A stretch of 64,000 bases of DNA from an uncultured Bacteroidales bacterium (GCA_963849615.1 CAWKIC010000056.1:6074-70073); one strand, 5' to 3'. Counted from the first letter of the stretch, positions 33,045-42,784 are shown. Numbers and translations are program-made. Notes: generated by a model not told the origin, from the sequence alone.

Positions 33045-33256
33045 GAAATTTTTTAATTGGAAGTCAGGCTCTCTGATTACCTGCCTTTGTACGGAGATAT
33101 GATAAAATACCCCAATTTCAATCCGCAACAGTATTCATTTAAGAATTCATTATATGGCTTAATCTGGTCCGATTTTTGTACTTTGCAGATAAGTTTATAT
33201 TCCTGATTTATCTTTTTAATCGAAAGTTCCTGATCTTAAAACTAAAACTCCTGAAG

Positions 33257-33943
33257 ATGAAAACAATCTTTTTTGCAGCAATTTTTGCAATGTCCTTATT
33301 AACAATTGACGTGTTTAGTCAGAGCAGTTGTAAGGTACTGTTACCACGAATTGGTGATTTATACAACGGTTCCTGCAAACAGGGGCTGGCTGATGGTAAA
33401 GGCGAAGCATCCGGGATTGACCAGTATAAGGGTGATTTCAAGAAGGGTTTTCCTGACGGAGAAGGGACATATATCTGGCAGACGGGAGAAACATACAAAG
33501 GTGATTGGAAAAAAGGATTGAGAGATGGTAATGGTGAATTCACCTTTAAGGCGATGGGCAGAGATTCACTGCTTGCAGGTATCTGGAAAGCAGATAAGTA
33601 CGTCGGTAAGCAAATGATTGCTCCTTACACAATTGGATATCGTAACAATGTTGGCAGGGTTATCTGTATGAAAACAGGTGAAAAGCCCAATTATGTCAAG
33701 TATAAATTCTCACGTGCAGGTGAAGCATCTTCATTCCTTGCCATAAGCAATATTCTGTTACAGGGAAGTTCCGGATCCGAAAATATAACAACAACTTTTA
33801 CAGGCTTCGAGGATGTGACTTTCCCGTTTGAGGGGAAGGTCAGATTTAATGCACCCAATTCATTAAATACCTCATCGCTCGAATGTGAACTGCGATTAAC
33901 AATTAATGAGCCCGGTACATGGCTTGTTACTATATACTATTGA
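33257..33943 (+). CDS. MORN-repeat protein, secreted
   Basis: A signal peptide starts at ATG 33257 (MKTIFFAAIFAMSLLTIDVFSQ). Four or five MORN-type repeats follow (YNGSCKQGLADGKG, YKGDFKKGFPDGEG, YKGDWKKGLRDGNG). Confidence 0.72.
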   Translation: MKTIFFAAIFAMSLLTIDVFSQSSCKVLLPRIGDLYNGSCKQGLADGKGEASGIDQYKGDFKKGFPDGEGTYIWQTGETYKGDWKKGLRDGNGEFTFKAMGRDSLLAGIWKADKYVGKQMIAPYTIGYRNNVGRVICMKTGEKPNYVKYKFSRAGEASSFLAISNILLQGSSGSENITTTFTGFEDVTFPFEGKVRFNAPNSLNTSSLECELRLTINEPGTWLVTIYY

Positions 33944-34077
33944 TTTAGTTTTCTAAATTAAAAGACCGGATACATATTTATTTTGTTTCCAGGGCATCGG
34001 CACTCCAATAATGAGATAAGATCCATCATGGACCTTTTCTTTGTAAAGTTGCTTCAGCAAGCTAATTAACCGGTAGT

Positions 34078-34251
34078 CTAGTTCCCTTTGCTTTCATTTT
34101 TATTCTTCATTAAATCAGCAAATAAGAATACTAACCCTATCGCAAACCAGAAAATGACTTTAAGCCAATTTTTTGTCTGGATAGCTTCAATGGTACCCAT
34201 TCCGAAGAATAGAATGAAAACTGTTGTATTCGTGAAACTGAGTTTTTTCAT
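34078..34251 (-). CDS. hypothetical 57-aa two-TM protein (below ORF-track cutoff)
   Basis: My own translation is MKKLSFTNTTVFILFFGMGTIEAIQTKNWLKVIFWFAIGLVFLFADLMKNKNESKGN*. Its ATG overlaps an upstream in-frame stop as TAATG. Confidence 0.3.
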   Translation of the reverse strand: MKKLSFTNTTVFILFFGMGTIEAIQTKNWLKVIFWFAIGLVFLFADLMKNKNESKGN

Positions 34252-34364
34252 TATTGTTTAATTTTTTCGTCGAACAGCCACAACCTTTTTGGAACCTGAT
34301 TAATAACAACTTTATTTCCGACGCCAGGTTCAATAAAATCTTGTCCGTATTTCCAGTTGACCGG

Positions 34365-34736
34365 CTACAAAGGGCGTTTTGTATTTGCCAGGTTTTCTTT
34401 TAGTCTGAATTCTACAATTCGTGCTATCAGGTCAAAGGGTATTGGCTTATCAATTGGAAACTGAACTGAACCTTTTCCCTTTTTGTATTTAGATAGCTCT
34501 TCAACAAATTCCGAGTGTCCTGTTGGTGTTGCGTAAAATCCAATATGAGATTTATATCCCGCAAAATATACCAGTGGTTTCCCGTGAGTCTTAAATGCAG
34601 GCATTCCGTAACTTATGCTTTCAATAGCCCCTGGAGCTTTCTTTCTTATTGTAACCCGGATCTGCTCCATTATCTTTTGAACATCTACCGGAAATGTGGC
34701 GATGTACTCATCTATATTTTTGTAAGATCTTTTCAT
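34365..34736 (-). CDS. DUF1801 (YdhG-like) domain protein
   Basis: 123 aa. IDEYIATFP...YGMPAFK...GKPLVYFAGYKSHIGFY...KGKGSVQFP is typical of DUF1801. Confidence 0.75.
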   Translation of the reverse strand: MKRSYKNIDEYIATFPVDVQKIMEQIRVTIRKKAPGAIESISYGMPAFKTHGKPLVYFAGYKSHIGFYATPTGHSEFVEELSKYKKGKGSVQFPIDKPIPFDLIARIVEFRLKENLANTKRPL

Positions 34737-34999
34737 GACCCTTCTTCAAATTTCTTGAAGCTTCCGTGGTTTATTTATTAAAACAGGTAACGTTTACACA
34801 TGTAGTAAAAGTAATAATAATTTGCTTTTATCTGGTTTCATACACGGCATGCTTCATTGCATAAATTATTTTTTGGTTCCTGATGGAACTGTCAGGGTGA
34901 TGCCGGATTTTACTGGTTCTCCGAAATCCGTCAGGGATTGTGTATTCAAAATAAAACGCAGTTATGATATAAATTTCATAACTGCTTTATATTCAGAGT

Positions 35000-35073
35000 G
35001 GAGATTAGGGGAATCGAACCCCTGACCTTGTGACTGCCAGTCACACGCTCTAGCCAACTGAGCTAAACCCCCG
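35000..35073 (-). tRNA. tRNA-Ala (anticodon GGC)
   Basis: I folded the cloverleaf by hand. The acceptor is GGGGGTT/AATCTCC with the G3:U70 alanine identity pair. The anticodon loop is CTGGCAG and the T-loop is TTCGATT. It is 74 nt with no encoded CCA. Confidence 0.9.
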
Positions 35074-35094
35074 AAATTAAGTAATATCTAAGTG

Positions 35095-35144
35095 TCACAC
35101 GCTCTTGCTTCCTGGTACCTATACGGATAAGCTAACCCCCGAAT
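35095..35144 (-). pseudogene. degenerate copy of the tRNA-Ala 5' half
   Basis: GTCACACGCTCT (35095-35106) and AGCTAACCCCCGAA (35131-35144) repeat 35041-35052 and 35062-35076 of the tRNA gene. The D-arm is replaced by an unrelated 24-nt segment. Confidence 0.4.
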
Positions 35145-35403
35145 CCGGACGCTAATTTAAGAAAAAAATGAAAATATCAAACCATTGTAGAAATGCCGAT
35201 TTAATATACTTTGCAGTAAATGCGCTTATTTGTACTTTTGCATGAAATTTTATCTCCGGCTTAACTTTTCAGCTGGCCAATCGTTTTAACAGAAATCAGC
35301 ACGATTGACTGAAAAACCGGGAGGTAATTATTACAGCAATCCGAGAGTGAGAGAACAAAGTACTGATAATAAATTACCTGTAAAGAAAGGGCATCAAAAG
35401 CTT

Positions 35404-36171
35404 ATGATATCGGACTTTGATGATCTTGTATTTGAAAAAAGGAACAGGGAGTATGGGGCCTACCAGCTACGGAAGAGGTATAATAAAGTACTGCTGACAG
35501 GAACCCTCATAGCTTGCCTGATGGGAACCTTTGCGGTTCTGATCCCTTTTCTTTCACGACCTGATACAGAAAGTGTAGTGTTGGGGGGAGCAGGTTATGT
35601 TCAGGTTCAGTTTGAGAATCTCCAGCCTCCTGAGGAAATATATGTACCCCCTTCTGCTCCCCCTCCCGAATCTGCAAAGATTCAGGAGAATGTTAAATAC
35701 GTGCCTCCCGTAGTTGTTGACTCGGTTAGTCCGATTGATTTAATTCCCGTGTCTACCGATGAAGTATTAGCTTCAATAGAGAGTGAGACAACCGAATCTG
35801 CAGGATCGGGGTTCGGGGATGGCCTTCTCCCCGGAGGGGATGGAGGAAATCTCGAGGAGCCATTATTCCAGGTTGAGGTTATGCCTACCTTTAAAGGTGG
35901 AGGCCTTAATAACTTCCGTACATGGATAGGTAAACGAACAAACTATCCGCAGGCTGCCATTGATAACAAAATCAGGGGAACGGTTTTTTTGACATTCGTT
36001 GTGGAAAAAGATGGTTCGGTCAGTAATGTGATTATCCTTAAAGGCGTGCACCCTTTACTTGATGAAGAAGCCGTAAAAGCTATTTCTGAATCGCCAAAAT
36101 GGACTCCCGGATTGCAGCGCGGACAGCCTGTAAGAGTCAGATTCCAGATACCTCTTAGTTTTGCCTACTAA
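35404..36171 (+). CDS. tonB: energy transducer TonB
   Basis: It has an N-terminal anchor (EYGAYQLRKRYNKVLLTGTLIACLM), a Pro-rich linker and the TonB C-terminal domain (MPTFKGGG...IRGTVFLTFVVEKDGSV...PKWTPGLQRGQPVRV). I prefer the ATG at 35404 over the tracked TTG. Confidence 0.8.
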   Translation: MISDFDDLVFEKRNREYGAYQLRKRYNKVLLTGTLIACLMGTFAVLIPFLSRPDTESVVLGGAGYVQVQFENLQPPEEIYVPPSAPPPESAKIQENVKYVPPVVVDSVSPIDLIPVSTDEVLASIESETTESAGSGFGDGLLPGGDGGNLEEPLFQVEVMPTFKGGGLNNFRTWIGKRTNYPQAAIDNKIRGTVFLTFVVEKDGSVSNVIILKGVHPLLDEEAVKAISESPKWTPGLQRGQPVRVRFQIPLSFAY

Positions 36172-36258
36172 AATTGATGACTATCAGGTGAATAAGTTAA
36201 ATATAATTGTAATTTAATTCCTATTTTTGCGTTTATCTGCAAATTAACTTACAATTCT

Positions 36259-37431
36259 ATGAAAAGATTTATTTCAGGCCTCTCCATCCTGCTCATTATA
36301 CTTTCAGGATGCGGTTCATCAAAGAAACAACTCGAAAAAGGAAACTATGAAGCTGCTATTGATAAGGCAGTAAGGCAGTTACGTAAAGATCCGCGTGACA
36401 CTAAACAGATTGAAATACTCGACAGATCGTATAACATTGTAAATGAGCAGGATAATGAACGAATCAGGTTTCTCAAGCTGGAAGGAAAGCCGGCCAACTG
36501 GGATGAGATCTACCTGGTAAACAAGAGGTTGAACGACAGACAGGCTTTTGTAAGAACAGTAACTCCACTTACCCTTAACGGCAAAACAATTGAATATCCC
36601 TATATCGATTACATGCCGGAGATGATTGCTGCCAAGCGCAAATCAGCTGACTTTTATTATGCTCATGGGAACGAACTGATGAAGAATGAATTGAAAGATT
36701 CATACAGACAGGCTTTTTATGAATTCGTGAGAGCAAAAGAATATATAGGTGACTATGAGGGCATAGACAATAAAATTCAGGATGCTAAATACTTGGGAAT
36801 GAGCCGGGTGCTCATTTCTCTGCGGAATATGTCGATCCTGAAGTTTCCACAGGAGTTTGAAGATGAGCTTCTGGCGATTGATCTCCCGAGATTGAACAGC
36901 GAATGGGTCGAGTACCATACTCAAAGCCATAATACAGAAGCTAAATACGACTATTATGTTAATGTGGTTGTCAGAAATATAGCAGTAAGCCCGGATCAGA
37001 CGATGCAGCGGGATACTGTCGTCAGAAAGGAAGTACAGGACGGATTCAATTACCAGCTTGATAAAAAAGGTAATGTGATGAAAGACTCCCTGGGGAATGA
37101 TATAAAAACAGCAAAATACAAATCACTTCAGTGTGCCCTTATTGAAACGATTCAGTCAAAGGAATGCCGTATCGATGGCGACGTTGAAGTCGTACAGGTA
37201 AACCCGGATAAAATACTTAAAAAAGATCCCATTGGCGCGCGGTCTGATTTTGAAAATGTATCAGCACGGGCATTGGGAGATGTCCAGGCTTTAAGCGCTG
37301 CACAGATTGAAAAAACCAAATTGAAGCCTGTGCCGTTCCCATCGGATATGGAAATGGTTTTCCGTTGTTCGGAGACACTTAAGCTGGCAATAAACGGCGC
37401 AATCCTGAGTAACAGGAGGTTTATTAATTGA
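36259..37431 (+). CDS. hypothetical lipoprotein
   Basis: It has a lipobox (LLIILSGCGSS). It is 390 aa and I did not recognise a family. Confidence 0.55.
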   Translation: MKRFISGLSILLIILSGCGSSKKQLEKGNYEAAIDKAVRQLRKDPRDTKQIEILDRSYNIVNEQDNERIRFLKLEGKPANWDEIYLVNKRLNDRQAFVRTVTPLTLNGKTIEYPYIDYMPEMIAAKRKSADFYYAHGNELMKNELKDSYRQAFYEFVRAKEYIGDYEGIDNKIQDAKYLGMSRVLISLRNMSILKFPQEFEDELLAIDLPRLNSEWVEYHTQSHNTEAKYDYYVNVVVRNIAVSPDQTMQRDTVVRKEVQDGFNYQLDKKGNVMKDSLGNDIKTAKYKSLQCALIETIQSKECRIDGDVEVVQVNPDKILKKDPIGARSDFENVSARALGDVQALSAAQIEKTKLKPVPFPSDMEMVFRCSETLKLAINGAILSNRRFIN

Positions 37432-37435
37432 ACCG

Positions 37436-37540
37436 GGTTGCTGGTTATTTGTTATTAATTCCGGTACATGGTCACCTGACGACATTAGTTTAACTTTCAA
37501 CCAGTACCCAGTAACCAGGACCAGCAACTTGATTTAATCA
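37436..37540. repeat. hairpin repeat, CAGCAAC/CAGTAAC-word subfamily
   Basis: GGTTGCTGGTTATTTGTTATTAA pairs with TCAACCAGTACCCAGTAACCAGGACCAGCAACTTGATTTAAT. The right end is homologous to 27061-27087 and stops 1 nt before the hflX ATG. Confidence 0.7.
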
Positions 37541-37541
37541 G

Positions 37542-38735
37542 ATGATAGAAACAGAAAAGCAGGAAGAACGGGCAATACTTATTGGATTAATCTACCCCGG
37601 ACAGGATGAAAGCCAGTCGCGGGAATACCTCGCAGAACTTTCATTTTTAACAGAAACAGCTGGGGCAACTCCCGTCCGGACTTTCATTCAGAAACTCAAT
37701 GTCGCTGACCCCAGAACCTTTGTTGGTTCCGGAAAGATCGCCGAAATAGCAGGATATGTTGGCGGGAACGACATAGATCTGGCCATTTTCGATGATGAGC
37801 TGTCTCCAAGCCAGATACGGAATATTGAAGAGATTCTGGGTTGCAGGATACTTGACAGGACAAATCTTATTCTTGATATTTTTGCCCGCCGTGCACGGAC
37901 ATCTCATGCACGGACACAGGTGGAGCTTGCCCAGTACCAGTATCTTCTCCCGAGGCTTGCCGGTATGTGGACCCACCTTGAACGGCAGCGGGGAGGTATA
38001 GGTTTGAGAGGCCCCGGAGAAACTGAAATTGAAACCGACAGACGGATAATCAGGGACAGGATACAGCTTCTTAAGACACAGCTTAAGAAGATCGACATTC
38101 AAATGGCTACCCAGCGTAAAAACCGCGGTAAGATGGTAAGAGTGGCGCTTGTAGGTTATACAAATGTTGGGAAATCGACAATCATGAATCTGCTGAGCAA
38201 ATCAGAGGTTTTTGCCGAAAACAAGCTCTTCGCCACACTTGATACAACAACCAGAAAAGTAGTCATCGGCAATCTGCCATTTTTGTTGTCCGATACTGTC
38301 GGATTCATCCGCAAACTTCCTCACGATCTTGTAGAATCATTCAAGTCGACCCTCGATGAGGTGAGGGAATCAGACCTGCTGTTGCATATTGTCGATATTT
38401 CCCATTCGGGTTTTGAAGAACAGATATCGGTTGTGAATGAGACACTTAAAGAGCTTGGATCAAACAACAAGCCGGTAATTCTCGTATTTAACAAGATCGA
38501 TGCTTTCACATACAATGCAAAGGATGAAGATGATCTTACGCCAGTGTACAGGGAGAATTTTTCTCTGGATGATCTTGAAAAAAGCTGGATGGCGCTGGAC
38601 AAGCATCACAGGACAATATTCATCTCAGCCAGAACACACGAGAATATTGAGCAGTTGCGTAATCTTTTGTATGACGAGGTTAAGGTGATACATGTTAAAC
38701 GGTATCCCTATAATGATTTTCTGTTCGAAGGTTAA
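37542..38735 (+). CDS. hflX: GTPase HflX
   Basis: It has the HflX N-terminal domain (...LSPSQIRNIE...ILDRTNLILDIFARRA...) and the G domain GYTNVGKST, DTVGF, NKID. Confidence 0.92.
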   Translation: MIETEKQEERAILIGLIYPGQDESQSREYLAELSFLTETAGATPVRTFIQKLNVADPRTFVGSGKIAEIAGYVGGNDIDLAIFDDELSPSQIRNIEEILGCRILDRTNLILDIFARRARTSHARTQVELAQYQYLLPRLAGMWTHLERQRGGIGLRGPGETEIETDRRIIRDRIQLLKTQLKKIDIQMATQRKNRGKMVRVALVGYTNVGKSTIMNLLSKSEVFAENKLFATLDTTTRKVVIGNLPFLLSDTVGFIRKLPHDLVESFKSTLDEVRESDLLLHIVDISHSGFEEQISVVNETLKELGSNNKPVILVFNKIDAFTYNAKDEDDLTPVYRENFSLDDLEKSWMALDKHHRTIFISARTHENIEQLRNLLYDEVKVIHVKRYPYNDFLFEG

Positions 38736-38775
38736 CTCTCCCGATACCAAACTGTTTCAAAGCATTCCCCTCTTG

Positions 38776-39045
38776 GTTTACCCCTAAATCCCCTAAAGGG
38801 GACTTATAAGAACCCCCTTTAGAGTATACTCGTCAACTTAAGGAATAGGAAAACTTATGAATCTAATTGTATGCAGTTGATTTTCTGTAACTTAAATATG
38901 GGGCTATTGAAAAAGTCCTTTGTGAACCTTGGTGATAACCCCTGCCTGCCGGCAGGCAGGTTTGAGTACCTTTGTGGTAAAGTAATTTATTGAACCACAA
39001 AGGATCACAAAGTATAACACTAAGGAACACAAAGGGAAAAAGTCT
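38776..39045. repeat. composite repeat cluster: G/C mini-hairpin module, CTTAAGGAATAGG leader, CACAAAGG-word hairpin
   Basis: 38776-38815 is GTTTACCCCTAAATCCCCTAAAGGGGACTTATAAGAACC. 38837-38899 is a leader homologous to 4726-4787. 38900-39045 is colinear with the reverse complement of 51030-51163, apart from a 20-nt insert. Confidence 0.8.
38941..38960. repeat. 20-bp perfect palindrome CCTGCCTGCCGGCAGGCAGG (inserted copy)
   Basis: It is self-complementary over all 20 nt. An identical copy lies at 60835-60854. It is absent from the homologous position of the 51.1-kb element, whose junction is at 51122/51123. Confidence 0.85.
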
Positions 39046-39089
39046 AAAAAATCTTGTGTTTCAAAACGGGGTGGTTTGAGGAACAGGAA

Positions 39090-40079
39090 CTAATAGAGCT
39101 TATTTGCTGCCATATATTCTGCGATCTGGATCGCATTGGTGGCAGCTCCCTTCCGGATATTGTCTGACACGATCCAAAGGTTCAGGCATTTTTCCTTCGA
39201 CAGATCCCTCCTGATTCGTCCCACAAAAACTTCATCCCTGTTATGCGACATTATCGGCATCGGATACTTGAATTCTGCAGGATTATCATAAACCACAACT
39301 CCCGGAAACTGACTTATCAGGAACCTTACATCATCAATATTGAATTCTTTTTCAAATTCAATATTTACAGCTTCTGAATGACCTCCGACTACCGGAATTC
39401 TGACTACAGTGGCGGTAACCATAATGGTCTGGTCCTCAAGTATCTTACGGGTTTCATCGATAAGCTTCTGTTCTTCAGTTGTATAACCGTCACTTTGAAA
39501 GGATCCCCCGTGAGGAAAGCAATTCAGGTCGATCTGGTACTGGTATGCCATTTCCCCTTTGATCCCGCGCCTCTCATTTTCCATCTGGGTTACTGCCTTT
39601 ACACCTGTTCCCGTCACTGATTGATAAGTTGCTATAACCAGCCGCTTAATTTTATATTTTCTGTGAAGGGGTGCAAGGGCCATCACCATTTGAATTGTTG
39701 AACAGTTAGGATTAGCAATTATCCTGTCTCCTTTCTTTATCACGTGACTGTTTATTTCCGGAACTACCAGGGGAACATTCTTTTCCATTCTCCATGCTGA
39801 GGAGTTATCTATAACAACTGTACCGTTTTCTGCAAATGCCGGAGCCCATTCCTTTGAAGTTGAAGCGCCGGCAGAAAAAATTGCAAACACCGGTTTTGCT
39901 TCAATAGCTTCCATAACGCTTACTACCCTGACAGCTTTTCCTTTGAATATAATCTCTTTTCCAACCGAACGCTCTGATGCGGCAGGGATTAATTCAGAAA
40001 CCGGAAAGTTTCTCTCTTCAAGGACTCTGATCATTGTACGGCCAACCATTCCGGTAGCTCCAACAACTGCTGTCTTCAT
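39090..40079 (-). CDS. asd: aspartate-semialdehyde dehydrogenase
   Basis: MKTAVVGATGMVGR...NPNCSTIQMV...; 329 aa, typical Asd. Confidence 0.93.
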   Translation of the reverse strand: MKTAVVGATGMVGRTMIRVLEERNFPVSELIPAASERSVGKEIIFKGKAVRVVSVMEAIEAKPVFAIFSAGASTSKEWAPAFAENGTVVIDNSSAWRMEKNVPLVVPEINSHVIKKGDRIIANPNCSTIQMVMALAPLHRKYKIKRLVIATYQSVTGTGVKAVTQMENERRGIKGEMAYQYQIDLNCFPHGGSFQSDGYTTEEQKLIDETRKILEDQTIMVTATVVRIPVVGGHSEAVNIEFEKEFNIDDVRFLISQFPGVVVYDNPAEFKYPMPIMSHNRDEVFVGRIRRDLSKEKCLNLWIVSDNIRKGAATNAIQIAEYMAANKLY

Positions 40080-40171
40080 AATTTAATTTGTTTGAATTAA
40101 AGTAATTACTTAAATTTACTGTCACTTTAAAAACGGTCAAAAGTAACTTTTTTTTCAATTCGTCCCGCTGC

Positions 40172-42781
40172 ATGAATAAAGTTATTTTGCTGGTTTTGTT
40201 AATGCCTGCTACGGCATTCGGCCAGATCATTGATAATTTCGAACGTGGTAATTGTACCGGTTGGATTCAAAATCCTGAAGGCCGCTGGAATACTGATAAC
40301 ATTAACAGTATATCAGGCCTCTTCTCACTTCATCACACATACGATAATTCTGAATCCGGGACAGACCGGATCGGATTGGAGCTCCGGAACCTTCATCCTG
40401 ACGAAGGTATTACAAGATGGACATTTACAATCAGGTACGGTTGCGAACCGTCGTCATCAAATAACTGGGCATTATTTCTTATGTCCGGATCCGATCCGGG
40501 GGCTCTTCAGGATGGAGTAAATGGATTTGCATTAGGGGTAAACCTGACCGGCTATGATGATACCCTGAGGCTCTGGAAGGTAAAGGCCGGAATATTTTAT
40601 AGCGTAGTAAACAGCGGATTAAACTGGCAGACCGATATCGGGACTTCCAGAGCAGTAAAGATTAGTGTGGAGAGAACATACGAAGGACGATGGACCCTCA
40701 ATGTCTCCAATTCTGATAATGTACTTATCGTCTCCTCTTCAGGTACTGATGCTGAAATTCCAGGATCCGGGTGGCTGGTCTTAGCCAATAAATATACATC
40801 AACCCGCGACAGGCTTATATGGTTTGACGATTTAAAGATCGACGGAGTTTTCTATGAAGATATGAAACCTCCGGAGATTACAGGATGTGAAGTTACGGGA
40901 AGAAATTCTATACTGCTTACATTCAGTGAGGAACCATCGCCGGGATCGCTGACCTTATCGAACTTTTCGATTGAAAATGTGAATAATCAGGTGTCGGAGG
41001 TTATACCGGAAAGTCCATTGACGGCGGTCATTAAATTTGACAGTCAATTTATTAATCAGATTACAAATAAGCTGGTTATAAATAGTTTATGCGATAAGCT
41101 TAATAATTGCCGATTGGGTGCAGCAATTGACTTTACGCCTGTATGGGTGATGCCAGGCGACATTATAATTTCTGAGATAATGGCTGATCCGCTTCCTGCT
41201 GTATCTCTCCCGGCTAAGGAATACCTGGAGCTTACAAACAGAAGCGGATTTAAGGTAAACCTGAAAAACTGGTTTATTACTGACGGATACCAGAGGTACT
41301 TTTTTCCTGATAAGAAAATTGATGATGTTACTCCGGTAATTATATGTTCATATACCGATACAATTCTATTCGGGAGCTATGGCCCGACAATCGGCCTTAA
41401 ATCCTTTCCTGCGCTTACCGACGGAGGTAAGGTCCTGGCTCTGAATGACAGCACAGGCACTCTTATACATGGAATTAAATACTCTTCAGAATGGTATGGG
41501 GATGCGCTAAAATCTGGTGGCGGCTGGTCACTGGAAATGATTGACAGGGAGTTCCCGTTTTTTGGGAAAGGCAACTGGAAAGCGTCTTTATCAAAGGAAG
41601 GAGGCAGCCCCGGGACCTTTAATACTTTCTCACAAAACAATCCCGATCTTATGTTTACAGGGATCGAAAATGTATTCCCGGATGACAGCGCCAATATTAC
41701 GATCAGGTTTTCTGAAACGGTATTTGGCTTGCCGGAAAAAAGTGGATCTCTCAAAATCGGGGATGGGACGATCAGGGAGCTTTCTCCTTCTGATCCTCTT
41801 CTTCAGGAATTCTCTGTTGTCACTGATGTACCTCTTGAACGAGGAAAGGTATACACATTTAAGGCAGGTGATGAAATAGTTGATTTTGCAGGTAACCGTA
41901 TGAGAAGGAATGAGTTTGGTTTCGGGATCCCGGAAAAGGCGGAAGAAGGCGATATTCTTTTTAACGAGCTGTTATTTAATCCATTGTCCGGTGATCCGGA
42001 TTATATCGAGTTCTTTAATAATTCCGGCAGGATCATCGATGCTTCCCGTTTGGTACTTGTTTCGGTTAATGATGAGACAAGTGATACATCAGCACTTTCT
42101 TATCTGTCGGATGAGCCCCGTTGTATTCTTCCCGGTGACTTCTATGCGATCACAACAGACAGGGAGAGAGTTCTCGACAGGTATCCTGCCTCAGACCCTT
42201 TCAAGGTACTTGAAGTATCATCCCTTCCATCAATGCCTGATGACAGGGGGCATCTGTTACTTTTCAGCTTTGATCTTGAAAAGATAGATGAAGTAGTGTA
42301 TGATGAGGATATGCAATATTCTCTGTTGCAGGACAATGAAGGAATAGCACTGGAGAAGATCAGGCCACGGCAGTCAGCTGAACAGCCAAACTGGCACTCG
42401 GCCTCAGAGGCTTCAGGGTGGGGGACACCTGGTGTTGCCAACTCAGTGTATTCAGAAAAGCCTGAAAGTCCGGATATTTTAACTTTTTCTTCAACTAAAA
42501 TTACACCCGATAATGACGGGAATGAGGATTTTCTTGTTGTTGATCTGGATCTGGCAGGTAATGGGAATGTTGTTTCGATAACAGTATTTGATGAAACCGG
42601 AAGCTTTGTTAAAAAATTAACAGATAATCTGTTGGCAGGGCAGGAGGCTTCAATTGTGTGGGATGGAACCGGTGAGGATGGAGGGATTGTGCGAAGCGGG
42701 ATCTATATTTTGCTCATTTCCATATTTGATGAAACCGGCAAAACCGAGAAATGGAAGAAGGTTTGTGCGGTTATCCGGTGA
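40172..42781 (+). CDS. secreted lamin-tail-domain (LTD) protein with C-terminal Ig-like/sorting-type domain
   Basis: It has a signal peptide and two LTD-type segments (ISEIMADP...EYLELTNRSG; ILFNELLFNP...DYIEFFNNSG). The C-terminal ~90 aa (ITPDNDGNEDF...IYILLISIFDETG) resemble FlgD-Ig / T9SS-type tails. Confidence 0.65.
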   Translation: MNKVILLVLLMPATAFGQIIDNFERGNCTGWIQNPEGRWNTDNINSISGLFSLHHTYDNSESGTDRIGLELRNLHPDEGITRWTFTIRYGCEPSSSNNWALFLMSGSDPGALQDGVNGFALGVNLTGYDDTLRLWKVKAGIFYSVVNSGLNWQTDIGTSRAVKISVERTYEGRWTLNVSNSDNVLIVSSSGTDAEIPGSGWLVLANKYTSTRDRLIWFDDLKIDGVFYEDMKPPEITGCEVTGRNSILLTFSEEPSPGSLTLSNFSIENVNNQVSEVIPESPLTAVIKFDSQFINQITNKLVINSLCDKLNNCRLGAAIDFTPVWVMPGDIIISEIMADPLPAVSLPAKEYLELTNRSGFKVNLKNWFITDGYQRYFFPDKKIDDVTPVIICSYTDTILFGSYGPTIGLKSFPALTDGGKVLALNDSTGTLIHGIKYSSEWYGDALKSGGGWSLEMIDREFPFFGKGNWKASLSKEGGSPGTFNTFSQNNPDLMFTGIENVFPDDSANITIRFSETVFGLPEKSGSLKIGDGTIRELSPSDPLLQEFSVVTDVPLERGKVYTFKAGDEIVDFAGNRMRRNEFGFGIPEKAEEGDILFNELLFNPLSGDPDYIEFFNNSGRIIDASRLVLVSVNDETSDTSALSYLSDEPRCILPGDFYAITTDRERVLDRYPASDPFKVLEVSSLPSMPDDRGHLLLFSFDLEKIDEVVYDEDMQYSLLQDNEGIALEKIRPRQSAEQPNWHSASEASGWGTPGVANSVYSEKPESPDILTFSSTKITPDNDGNEDFLVVDLDLAGNGNVVSITVFDETGSFVKKLTDNLLAGQEASIVWDGTGEDGGIVRSGIYILLISIFDETGKTEKWKKVCAVIR

Positions 42782-42784
42782 TCA

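Noticed and set aside
34990-35400. An integrative element at tRNA-Ala.
   Set aside because: There is no integrase, excisionase or phage or conjugation gene on either side. Only a short degenerate 5'-half duplication is present, and it is reported as a low-interest finding.
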